From assembly GCA_965644295.1 (NCBI GenBank), contig CBFFRP010000665.1, positions 1-29,517 on the forward strand: a stretch of DNA of 29,517 bases. Direction: 5' to 3'. Positions within the stretch are counted from its first letter, which is position 1. Each line of letters begins with the position of its first letter. Position numbers and translations under genes: made by a program. This DNA comes from Paraphysomonas bandaiensis. Its lineage: Eukaryota; Protista; Chrysophyceae. Of the stretch, positions 1 through 11,315 are shown in pieces. The notes beneath the pieces are model-generated. The model was not told the DNA's origin, searched no databases, and saw only the letters and a list, made by a program, of their open reading frames with translations.

Positions 1-385
1 TCCACTCCCTGTGCTCGGCTTTTCTCAGAGACTCACGATGTGTCTGAGGCACTGTCGACTCTTCCGCTTTGACATCCACACTGGTGCCTCCTGTAAAAGG
101 TCACTCATCATCTCATCACTCAAATGATGGTTGTCCTAACACCGACACATTCGTTACCGTCCTTGGAGTTCTTGCGCGTTTGCCGTGCGGATGAGGATTC
201 TCGGCAGGGTCCCTTCCCCCGAAGGTAATGCTGAGTCAGCCTGGGAGCTGCACCTGCCCACTTTCCGACTGCTGTGGCACCACTCGCTGATGCCGCCGTC
301 ACGGTTGTCCAGTAACTCTGGCCCTAACCACCCTCTGCGCAAGATCCTCTGTCATCTTCTTGATGTCAGCAATATGAATAGAGGT

Positions 386-1211
386 TTATCCTCCGCGAAC
401 CTGGTTGCCAGTAACCAACGACCGGTATCCCACAATAAGTCCCTTCCTTATCACCACTCTGTTAGTCTTGTATAGCAGACCATCCTCATGGTGCTTTCCG
501 ATAAGATACTCAAACTCACCCAGTTGACGAGCCTCGGGATCTATAGCCACTTGAGCCTCCTCCAGCTCTCTATAATAATCCTGAGACCTCTCAGGTACCG
601 ATTCATCAAATAATACATGTACAGAGTGTACTACAGTGCTCCCCACTAGCACCTTGTATCCTTTTCGATCAGCTGGATACCCTATGAAATAACCTGTCAT
701 TGCTTTGTCCTCCCAGTCCTTCCTCCTGTCGGCCTTGGGTGTTACTTACATATACTTTGCACCCCCATTCCATAGCCACGATAGGCTGGGAACGCTCCCC
801 CCTGGGACACACTCATATGGAGACATCCATCCTTGCCACATCGAGTTAGCATTCGTCGCACAATGTAACATGCAGTTTGATAAGCATCAGACCAGAACGA
901 CTTTGGAAGTCAGATGCCGTCAACATCGTCAGTGTCATCTCCCCAATTGTTCGGAATTTCCTCTCAGACACCGCGTTGAGCTCTGGCGTGTCTCATTATT
1001 TGTATAAAACACCCCGAGTCCCATATCGCTGCAACAGATACTCTCTTATCTGCTGACTAATAAGTTCGGATCCTCCATCGGCATGATACTCCACTATACG
1101 GTTCCACCCCTCGTACTTCACTAAGTGGATGTCACTTGCAAGTGTCGTAGACATTTGAACACCTCCTCTCCACTTCCCGAGTCCTCAATCCATATTCCCA
1201 TATCATCTTTG
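386..1211 (-). pseudogene. Copia integrase remnant (frameshifted core plus C-terminal SH3-like region)
   Basis: Minus-strand peptides KMIWEYGLRTR, GEEVFKCLRHL, IVEYHADGGSELISQQIREYL and GYFIGYPADRKGYKVLVGSTVVHSVHVLFDE, which match Copia integrase motifs (xSDxGxE; GxFxGY...GY...SxxVxFDE) across frameshifts. Confidence 0.85.
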
Positions 1212-2506
1212 GTACTCATCCCTTGCTTGACCCTAATGACCCAGAGGATGCTGTAATGTATTCTTCCGTGAGCTTCTTGACATCACCCAGTAGGCTACCG
1301 AGGCCTCCCTCCTGGACAACCCCTACCTACTACCTACTACCAGTCAGGAGAGCCCCAGTACTCATCCCTTGCTTGACCCTAATGACCCAGTGGATGCTGT
1401 AATGTATTCTTCCGTGAGCTTCTTGACATCACCCAGTAGGCTACCGAGGCCTCCCTCCTGGACAACCCCTACCTACTACCTACTACCAGTCAGGAGAGCC
1501 CCAGTACTCATCCCTTGCTTGACCCTAATGACCCAGTGGATGCTGTAATGTATTCTTCCGTGAGCTTCTTGACATCACCCAGTAGGCTACCGAGGCCTCC
1601 CTCCTGGACAACCCCTACCTACTACCTACTACCAGTCAGGAGAGCCCCAGTACTCATCCCTTGCTTGACCCTAATGACCCAGTGGATGCTGTAATGTATT
1701 CTTCCGTGAGCTTCTTGACATCACCCAGTAGGCTACCGAGGCCTCCCTCCTGGACAACCCCTACCTACTACCTACTACCAGTCAGGAGAGCCCCAGTACT
1801 CATCCCTTGCTTGACCCTAATGACCCAGTGGATGCTGTAATGTATTCTTCCGTGAGCTTCTTGACATCACCCAGTAGGCTACCGAGGCCTCCCTCCTGGA
1901 CAACCCCTACCTACTACCTACTACCAGTCAGGAGAGCCCCAGTACTCATCCCTTGCTTGACCCTAATGACCCAGTGGATGCTGTAATGTATTCTTCCGTG
2001 AACTTCTTGACATCACCCAGTAGGCTACCGAGGCCTCCCTCCTGGACAACCCCTACCTACTACCTACTACCAGTCAGGAGAGCCCCAGTACTCATCCCTT
2101 GCTTGACCCTAATGACCCAGTGGATGCTGTAATGTATTCTTCCGTGAGCTTCTTGACATCACCCAGTAGGCTACCGAGGCCTCCCTCCTGGACAACCCCT
2201 ACCTACTACCTACTACCAGTTAGGAGAGCCCCAGTACTCATCCCTTGCTTGACCCTAATGACCCAGAGGATGCTGTAATGTATTCTTCCGTGAGCTTCTT
2301 GACATCACCCAGTAGGCTACCGAGGCCTCCCTCCTGGACAACCCCTACCTACTACCTACTACCAGTCAGGAGAGCCCCAGTACTCATCCCTTGCTTGACC
2401 CTAATGACCCAGTGGATGCTGTAATGTATTCTTCCGTGAGCTTCTTGACATCACCCAGTAGGCTACCGAGGCCTCCCTCCTGGACAACCCCTACCTACTA
2501 CCTACT
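1212..2506. repeat. 146-bp tandem repeat array 1 (~8.9 units; unit = 72-bp S + 74-bp T)
   Basis: GTACTCATCCC recurs at 1212, 1358, 1504, 1650, 1796, 1942, 2088, 2234 and 2380; units are near-identical; the array ends inside T after CCTACT. Confidence 0.97.
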
Positions 2507-3621
2507 GTGGTAAGCGTACGGGTGTTGACTAGTGTGTCCACCCTGGGTGAGGTAAACCTTCTCCATGATGAGGAGATTGTCAATCTGTGTGATGACAGTG
2601 ACTGTATCTAATAACTAACATAATATGTCTAATTGTAGAGAGACCAAGGCTATGTCTGCTGGCATGCAGGAACTGGTGTGGCTTCGGGGGGTGTTGGTCG
2701 AACTGGGACTTCGATTGTACGAACCCACTCCATTCTTCCTGACAGCCAGGGTGCTCGCGACTTAGCGTTGAAGTTGAATGATGTGGTGTGATTGATCTCA
2801 GCGACGAGGATAGGAAATCATACGTGCTAATTATCAGAGACAGAAGATCATTCAGATGTGTTGTCTATGGTGAGGCTTGCTGAAACGTCGGAGTCATACG
2901 TCCACCGGTTTGTCCTCTGAGGTTTTTGGTGGTTGCGTATCCGTCAGTTATGTCTCGTGATATGAAGAGTCTATCTACAGCTTTGAATTGAGAGGGAGTG
3001 TTGAGTTTTGCCGTTAGAGCAATTAAAAGCTGTAATTCTACCCATCAGTGATGTCTCGTGATGTTGTGAAGATTCAATGTACAACTGATGAGGTTTTGGT
3101 GGTTGCATATCCGTCAGTCATGACTCGTGGTTTGACAAATCAATGTACATCTTTGAATTGAGAGGGAGTGTTGAGTTTTGCTGTTTGAGCAATTAAAAGC
3201 TGTAATTCTAAGATATTGGAATTATGACGGTTACTGGAGAATACAGTAGTGGTTAACTGTATTATGAGAAGTGATATCATGACGATGTAAGATCGTACTA
3301 GAAATGAGTGGTAGTAGAGATAACGTGATATATTGCTTATTATATTTATTATAATCTTCTCTTATCTTAACTTGATTCATGAGTGAATACACGTGCAGTT
3401 ATCTTAGTAATCATCCAATTGTGTCATAACTTGACAATAACTTGACATGGTAGCGGATGGTAGTTGGAAACAACTGCTGAAGTTTGACCATTGGAATGTA
3501 ACTGGACAGAGAAGCAGGAGTCCATACGACTTGTAGGGCTGGAGGAACGATCAGTGATGACGATACTGCTCTGTACAGTAGAAACATACATAGAAAATAA
3601 AATCAGTACTATTTTTACAAA
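2506..3621 (+). repeat. Inverted duplicate of 9065-10180 (RNase H remnant, PPT, 268-bp LTR 3169-3436, TSD, old LTR end, PBS 3448-3460)
   Basis: Reverse complement of 9065-10180 (paired coordinates sum to 12686); one substitution noticed (GGTCAAAC vs GGTCACAC). Confidence 0.95.
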
Positions 3622-3632
3622 CCCCTACCTCC

Positions 3633-6223
3633 TGATTCGGGGCTCGTAGAAGTAGAGGCTTTCCCAAGTTCATTCTTCATCGTAATGTCACTGCTCCTCC
3701 TTTTCTCATTGTTACGTTTTTTCTTTCTTATCTTTTTCTGAGTACTTTTAGTCACTTTGTAAGTACTCCTCATTTCCATACATATTAAGCGATGGATAGC
3801 AGGGAGCCTTGGAACTAAGACACACAAAAGGAGTTCAAGTAGTGCATCAAACATCTCCTCCTCATAGTTGTCTAGCCCTATTCCCTTTGAGTCAACAACT
3901 TGCCCAGTGATCCCAAAGAGTAGTGAAAAACCAAGACTGCTAAGTCTCTCAAAAATTAGCGCTGCGACTGCCGGGTGACAGAGGCCTGGCAAAGGATCGC
4001 AAGACACATCAACAATTACGAAGCTGTTGTAGTAAGAGGGAATCTTTTTGCTTCGGGAACTCCTCTTGTCCCATCTATTCTGCCGTTTTCCCTTAGCTTG
4101 TTTCTCGCTGCCACAAGCAGGACTTATATTCTCGTGGCTGGGACAACACACATCTCTTGATAACTCGGCAGCTTCGGGAAATAATGCCTTTTGCCAGCGT
4201 GAAAAATTGCGGACATCCAGTGGGCTTTCCCCATTGCTTGAACTCATGCCCAAACTTTCTCGCATTTCTTTCTCTGCTTCCAGAAGTGACAAAGTCGTGA
4301 GTTCCTATCGCAACATCATGAGCTTCGAATACACCCCATGTATCATTCTGATACATGCCTGTATAATATGAGCCCACAATCTAATGTGCTTGTTCTTCAC
4401 ACTTGGATGCATCGCCAAAAGGCACCACATTACTGTATACAATGTTAGAGTGTCGTTTCAGCACAAGCGATAAAATATTTACTACTGCACATACATGCTC
4501 TAAGAGTTCTTGAGTTGCATGGATGGTTAAAAAAAGTTCTCCAATTATGGTCCTCGTTAAGCAAGGGCAATAGGTGGGAGTCCACAGTTTGACGTGGAGG
4601 TCGGATGCTTCGCCCGTATATCCTTGCCGCCTCCAGAGCAATCTGAGACAAAGGCAATGACAATGCTATAGCCACGAGAGTATAAACACTAAAGGAGAAC
4701 CATTGCAAAGGGGATCATCTCATCTGATTCGGGGTCGAATCCAGGGTCGGTATAACCTCCGTCTTCATCGTCGTCGCCTCCTTCTTTGCTCTCCCCATTA
4801 GATCTCCTGCCTGTTGCAGCTCTCCTAGCAGGACCTTCTTCAGATACGTTGGATGTAATAATTCCCATTTCACTACTACTGGGGTTGTCGTTTGTAGACA
4901 TGAACGAGCTAATTTCCCACTGCACAGATACAAAGTGCTGTGAACACGGCGAGAATACAAATAAGCAACTGGCGCACCGATGAGGTCTTGAAATCTCTTG
5001 AGAGCAACTCCAGTAGTGGAAACACTCCGTGTTGTCTAATCAAAACACACCATCCTTCCCTATAAAATACACCAAGTTCAAGTATTCAGATACAACATGC
5101 ATAGCACGGAGTCTTACGAGTGTGTGAGTCCATAAGAAGGTAGCAGAGAAGACTCGACACCCATAGCGTTACTCAGTAGCATTAACACATTCTGACATCG
5201 CTCAATTCTTGCCGAGTCCCAATTCTCATCCAAAGGTATTTCATCTGGACCAACTGACAATCTACTGTCGTTTCCTTCAGAAGGGTCATGTGCCCAGTAG
5301 CTGTTATCCGAGCCTCCACAGGCACTGTCCTCATCTTCGTCAATATCAGACTCATCATCGCTCGCACTAGAGCTGCTGCTTCCACTGCTTGAGTCGTCGC
5401 TAGTACTAGAACCGTTGCTACCACTGCTTGTGTCAGTGCTTGCAATGGTTATTGACTTCGTATCATCATCGTTTTCAGTCATATGGTCGTTTACACTGGA
5501 ACAATTTATTAGATATCCGTATATCACATCATACATGCACCTTCAATATATAGGTTGGTGGTCACTACATTCACACGTACCCGAGTTGACTAAACATGCG
5601 ACAGCGTCTCCTAATGCAATTAATTCGGCACGCCACCAGTTGTGCTTCAACGGCTTGTAGAGGACTGTCTCCGGCGTCGTCTAAACTTCGTAGAGAGTCC
5701 TCACAACGAGTTAAGAGCAAACGAACGACATCTATAAGCCCTCGTGTTGAGGCTAGGTGCAAGCAAGAGAGGGGGCTTCAGCTGCTGCACGCCATTCGCT
5801 ACCTCTTTCGCCATCTAGAAGTAGCAGCAGCAATGAAACAATTTCGCTCTCTTCGCAGCCAGAGCAGAGCATGTCATGGACTGCTCTGGGATACATGCTC
5901 GGGGTGATGTGCTCTGCCAAAATCGCAAGTATTTCCGTGTTTTTCACAGATAATGCGATACTCCAAGGAGTCTCCCCAGAAGAAGAAGCAGTGGATACAT
6001 CCGCCCCATGCTCGAGGAGTGATTTCATGACAGCCGTCTCTTGAAGTTCGATCGCTCTCATGAGAAACGTAACGCCAGTGAGTGTCTGTATGGGCGTATT
6101 GATGTCTTCAGCAGACATATTCGGAATAACACTCAGACACCCATTTCGGTCCCCTGAAGTGGCGAGATGAGCGAGATGAGCCACTGCAGGAGGTAAGCTT
6201 GTGTTTCCAGCCGAGAGATCCAT
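3633..6223 (-). pseudogene. 3'-truncated copy of the ankyrin-HECT gene (no HECT domain)
   Basis: Copy of 14225-16815 with a copy-specific G-run frameshift near 5771; the frame runs through the junction (...TSPESGGRGL*) and stops at 3615. Confidence 0.85.
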
Positions 6224-6739
6224 ACAGAGATACGGACACTCAGATATACGCAGATGATAAGATGATCGTGTGGGCAATGGGCCGTAGAGTGGTTGTGAAC
6301 GGTTACGAGTGCATGTGTGATGTTGCAGATATGGACTCGTCGCTCTGTCTCTCTGCATGTCTGGCCGGGCTGCTCTGCATGTGTATGCGTGTACTGGGCT
6401 GCTGGGTGTATGTATATGTGTGTCCTACACTGTATAGACATTCGACTGTACACCATACAGCGTCCTGTAGGAATATTCCTACATGTATACCTATACCAGG
6501 CATATGTATATGGACCACATCGAGACATCTACACGTCTACGAAGACATGGACAACTCAGACTGCTGTATCTCGTGTATATACATATACATACGTAGTATA
6601 ATACAACGTATTCAAAGAACTGTACATATATATATACCAATACAGTATACAGTACATATACATATACAGAGTACTACGTACTGTATGCTGTGTATGGCTC
6701 TATGCAGTATATGTATACAGTACTCCGTATGCTATCTAT

Positions 6740-7222
6740 GTCTATCTATATGTATGTATAAGTATATGGCTATATGCTGTATGCAGTATATGTAGGCAGT
6801 ATATGTATGTATATGTATGTATATGTATATGGCTATATGCTGTATGCAGTATATGTATGCAGCAGTATATGTATGTATATGTATATGTATATGGCTATAT
6901 GCTGTATGCAGTATATGTATGCAGTATATGTATGTATATGTATGTATATGTATATGGCTATATGCTGTATGCAGTATATGTATGCAGCAGTATATGTATG
7001 TATATGTATATGGCTATATGGCTATATGCTGTATGCAGTATATGTATGTATATGTATATGGCTATATGCTGTATGCAGTATATGTATGTATATGTATATG
7101 GCTATATGCTGTATGCAGTATATGTATGTATATGTATATGGCTATATGCTGTATGCAGTATATGTATGCAGTATATGTATGTATATGTATGCAGCAGTAT
7201 ATGTATGTATATGTATATGGCT
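6740..7222. repeat. TATG-rich ~40-bp minisatellite (duplicated copy)
   Basis: Variants of CTGTATGCAGTATATGTATGTATATGTATATGGCTATATG; boundaries approximate. Confidence 0.9.
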
Positions 7223-7293
7223 GGCATGCATATATTAACATCCACAGCTCCCTCTACCGATATACATATACACCATCCTACTCATAGCCAGGG

Positions 7294-7824
7294 ATGTCTC
7301 TGCAGGACCAGTTATTGCAGATCCTGCACAGCAGTGAAGATGGCGTGTCTGATAATGATCTGAAGCAGCAGTTTGGAGACAGCTACAGCAGCCTCGTGCC
7401 CATAATAAACGAGCTGCTTCGGACCAATCACATCCAGCTATTCCTTCAGGGGGGCGTACTATTCTATCGGGCGATAGAAGAGGCCATTGCAGCTAAGCTA
7501 GAGGGACTGGGGTGAGCTAACGGGCCGCGTGTGTGTTGTATGGCTCATATATGTATGTATGTGTATCACAGACCGGAGCAGATGCTGGTATATCAGATAT
7601 GTGAGAAGGCGGGTAACAGGTACTGATACAGAAGAGATGTTGATGATCTGTGTGATGTGCTTATGTGGGGTGCAGAGGTATATGGACGCGTGATATAAAA
7701 ATTGCTACGAACTGCCCGCAGCACACTCTCACAAAGACACTGAAAATTCTTGAACAACGAAATCTCATCAAGTCGGTGCGGTCTGTGACAAGTAAATCAA
7801 AGAAACTGTACATGCTCTACGACA
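7294..7824 (+). pseudogene. POLR3F: Truncated RPC6/POLR3F copy (exons 1-2 and most of exon 3) fused to the 146-bp array
   Basis: Matches 18006-18534 up to KKLYMLYD, then reads into repeat sequence and stops at 8057. Confidence 0.88.
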
Positions 7825-8675
7825 ACCCCTACCTACTACCTACTACTACCAGTCAGGAGAGCCCCAGTACTCATCCCTTGCTTGACCCTAATGACCCAGT
7901 GGATGCTGTAATGTATTCTTCCGTGAGCTTCTTGACATCACCCAGTAGGCTACCGAGGCCTCCCTCCTGGACAACCCCTACCTACTACCTACTACCAGTC
8001 AGGAGAGCCCCAGTACTCATCCCTTGCTTGACCCTAATGACCCAGTGGATGCTGTAATGTATTCTTCCGTGAGCTTCTTGACATCACCCAGTAGGCTACC
8101 GAGGCCTCCCTCCTGGACAACCCCTACCTACTACCTACTACCAGTCAGGAGAGCCCCAGTACTCATCCCTTGCTTGACCCTAATGACCCAGTGGATGCTG
8201 TAATGTATTCTTCCGTGAGCTTCTTGACATCACCCAGTAGGCTACCGAGGCCTCCCTCCTGGACAACCCCTACCTACTACCTACTACCAGTCAGGAGAGC
8301 CCCAGTACTCATCCCTTGCTTGACCCTAATGACCCAGTGGATGCTGTAATGTATTCTTCCGTGAGCTTCTTGACATCACCCAGTAGGCTACCGAGGCCTC
8401 CCTCCTGGACAACCCCTACCTACTACCTACTACCAGTCAGGAGAGCCCCAGTACTCATCCCTTGCTTGACCCTAATGACCCAGAGGATGCTGTAATGTAT
8501 TCTTCCGTGAGCTTCTTGACATCACCCAGTAGGCTACCGAGGCCTCCCTCCTGGACAACCCCTACCTACTACCTACTACCTACTACCAGTCAGGAGAGCC
8601 CCAGTACTCATCCCTTGCTTGACCCTAATGACCCAGAGGATGCTGTAATGTATTCTTCCGTGAGCTTCTTGACAT
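7821..8675. repeat. 146-bp tandem repeat array 2 (partial T, then 6 S and 5 full T)
   Basis: S starts at 7867, 8013, 8159, 8305, 8451 and 8604 (last interval 153 bp from an extra CCTACTA); ends at ...CTTCTTGACAT 8675. Confidence 0.97.
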
Positions 8676-9225
8676 TGTATGCATTATGGTATGGTCCGAT
8701 TAAATTGTTGAACACTTCAACCTGTTGAGCATAATTTATTGCATTCCATCGCATGAGAGGAAACACTCTCATCAAATGTAGGCATAATTGATGCGACTCT
8801 TGATCACTTGCACTCTCATCGATAACACTGCACCCCCATCCACACAATCTAGACACATTATTGAATCACCGCGCTCACACTCCATCCACATGCGATAATA
8901 GTAGCCATCTTTCCTCTTATTATGCGGGCCTCTTAGAGGGTTCATACATTCATTAACCATAATACACTCCAACATAATATCTGACGGATCCAAGTTAGTC
9001 ATCTAGTCTCTAAATTTACTTTTTCGTTTTTTTCGTTTTGTAAATTCGCCTTAATACCCCCGTTTTTGTAAAAATAGTACTGATTTTATTTTCTATGTAT
9101 GTTTCTACTGTACAGAGCAGTATCGTCATCACTGATCGTTCCTCCAGCCCTACAAGTCGTATGGACTCCTGCTTCTCTGTCCAGTTACATTCCAATGGTC
9201 ACACTTCAGCAGTTGTTTCCAACTA

Positions 9226-9238
9226 CCATCCGCTACCA
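9226..9238 (-). promoter_or_regulatory. Primer-binding site of the older element (TGGTAGCGGATGG), initiator-Met tRNA type
   Basis: Directly follows LTR end ...TTGACA; begins TGGTAGC like known tRNA-iMet PBSs. The same sequence is at 11035-11047 and 3448-3460. Confidence 0.75.
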
Positions 9239-9249
9239 TGTCAAGTTAT

Positions 9250-11315
9250 TGTCAAGTTATGACACAATTGGATGATTACTAAGATAACTGCACGTGTATT
9301 CACTCATGAATCAAGTTAAGATAAGAGAAGATTATAATAAATATAATAAGCAATATATCACGTTATCTCTACTACCACTCATTTCTAGTACGATCTTACA
9401 TCGTCATGATATCACTTCTCATAATACAGTTAACCACTACTGTATTCTCCAGTAACCGTCATAATTCCAATATCTTAGAATTACAGCTTTTAATTGCTCA
9501 AACAGCAAAACTCAACACTCCCTCTCAATTCAAAGATGTACATTGATTTGTCAAACCACGAGTCATGACTGACGGATATGCAACCACCAAAACCTCATCA
9601 GTTGTACATTGAATCTTCACAACATCACGAGACATCACTGATGGGTAGAATTACAGCTTTTAATTGCTCTAACGGCAAAACTCAACACTCCCTCTCAATT
9701 CAAAGCTGTAGATAGACTCTTCATATCACGAGACATAACTGACGGATACGCAACCACCAAAAACCTCAGAGGACAAACCGGTGGACGTATGACTCCGACG
9801 TTTCAGCAAGCCTCACCATAGACAACACATCTGAATGATCTTCTGTCTCTGATAATTAGCACGTATGATTTCCTATCCTCGTCGCTGAGATCAATCACAC
9901 CACATCATTCAACTTCAACGCTAAGTCGCGAGCACCCTGGCTGTCAGGAAGAATGGAGTGGGTTCGTACAATCGAAGTCCCAGTTCGACCAACACCCCCC
10001 GAAGCCACACCAGTTCCTGCATGCCAGCAGACATAGCCTTGGTCTCTCTACAATTAGACATATTATGTTAGTTATTAGATACAGTCACTGTCATCACACA
10101 GATTGACAATCTCCTCATCATGGAGAAGGTTTACCTCACCCAGGGTGGACACACTAGTCAACACCCGTACGCTTACCACACAAGTCTCCGTAGACTCAGC
10201 AGGTACAGTCTCACAGACAAGATTCACGCTGATCTCACTAGACTTAGTATACACAGTATCACTAGGCAAAGTACGAAGGGACATTCTCTTCCCTGGAATC
10301 TCATCCGCCGTTTAGACTTATTGGGTGCACCACCCAAAGCCGGCGTGTAGATGAAGATGCACCCCTTTTTTTCATCACAAAAACGAGGTTTTTATAGTAC
10401 AGCCGTCTCACTAGATACAGCACCCGCACTTCTCTCTGGCAAAATACGAAGGGACATTCTCTTCCCTGGAATCTCATCCGCCGTATAGACTTATTGTGTG
10501 TTCCCCACGAAGCCGGCGTAGATGAAGACCCACCCCTCTTGTCGTCACAAGAACGAGGTTTTTAGTACAGCCGGCGGTTATACACGTCTATATCGATTAT
10601 ACGATGGCCGAACTCTGCAACAGCTCGAACCAGTGGGTCACTCTTGACAACAACCGCCCCAAGCTCATCGTCGATAGCACTCCATCTATCTCATGAGGAA
10701 CTACTCTCATCATAATATATAACACAATGGACACGACTCCTCATCACTCGCACCCCCATCAACACAATCAGACACATTACTGAATCACCGTGCTTACACT
10801 CTGCACATGGGTAGACATCATTCTGATAATGATATGGGGTCTCTCCAGAGGGTTCATACATCATCAATCCAGTCTACTTTTTCTGTCATGTTCGATTGAA
10901 AACCCCAATTTTCATAAATAATACTGGTTTTATATCCTATATACTGTATGTTTCTACTGTACACAGCAGTATCACTCCTGCTTCTCTATCCAGTTTCATT
11001 CCAATGGTCACACTTCAGCAGTTGCTTCTAACTACCATCCGCTACCATGTCAAGTTATGACACAATTGGATGATTACTAAGATAACTGCACGTGTATTCA
11101 CTCATGAATCAAGTTAAGATAAGAGAAGATTATAATAAATATAATAAGCAATATATCACGCTATCTCTACTACCACTCATTTCTAGTACGATCTTACATC
11201 GTCATGATATCACTTCTCATAATACAGTTAACCACTACTGTATTCTCCAGTAACCGTCATAATTCCAATATCTTAGAATTACAGCTTTTAATTGCTCAAA
11301 CAGCAAAACTCAACA
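9250..11315 (-). mobile_element. Young non-autonomous Copia-derived LTR retrotransposon, 2,066 bp
   Basis: 268-bp LTRs TGTTGAG...TTGACA at 11315-11048 and 9517-9250 with one mismatch seen; PBS 11035-11047; PPT GAGAGGGAG from 9518; 5-bp TSD GTTAT at 9245-9249 and 11316-11320; no long ORF. Confidence 0.93.
9913..10046 (-). pseudogene. Copia RNase H remnant inside the young element
   Basis: ETKAMSAGMQELVWLRGVLVELGLRLYEPTPFF, frameshift, DSQGARDLALK; matches the Copia RNase H ExxWLRxLLxELG...PT...DxQxA motif. Confidence 0.8.

Larger units (their letters stand above)
3633..7824. repeat. Direct segmental duplicate of 14225-18534 (5' half of ANK-HECT gene, intergenic minisatellite, 5' half of RPC6)
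   Basis: Near-identical ORF tracks offset by about 10.59 kb, or 10.71 kb after the minisatellite; a few substitutions and 1-2 nt indels; minisatellite region 122 bp shorter than in the source. Confidence 0.97.

Noticed and set aside
1212-1357. Hammerhead or HDV-like ribozyme (retrozyme) in the 146-bp unit
   Set aside because: No CUGANGA plus GAAA core on either strand (only CTAATGA and GGATGAG). The HDV-like GCC-TCCCTCCT-GG lacks matching P1 and P1.1. Other ribozyme classes are not excluded without a covariance search.
1212-2506. 146 bp equalling the nucleosome core length
   Set aside because: The length is explained by S (72) + T (74); no independent evidence for nucleosome phasing.
3169-3460. 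Independent LTR element, or a true tandem element sharing an LTR, on the + strand
   Set aside because: It is part of the inverted copy of 9065-10180; the PPT-LTR-PBS arrangement comes from the nested insertion.
6774-7363. M/Y/C/V-rich ORFs here and at 17393-18075 and 24854-26510
   Set aside because: Translations of minisatellites that lack stop codons; not credible proteins.
3633-7824. Duplicate as a retrocopy or Helitron capture
   Set aside because: Introns and intergenic DNA are retained, there is no poly(A), and no TC...CTRR termini with a subterminal hairpin were seen.
1212-8675. 146-bp arrays as a CRISPR array
   Set aside because: Units are identical end to end with no unique spacers, no cas genes, and a eukaryotic context.
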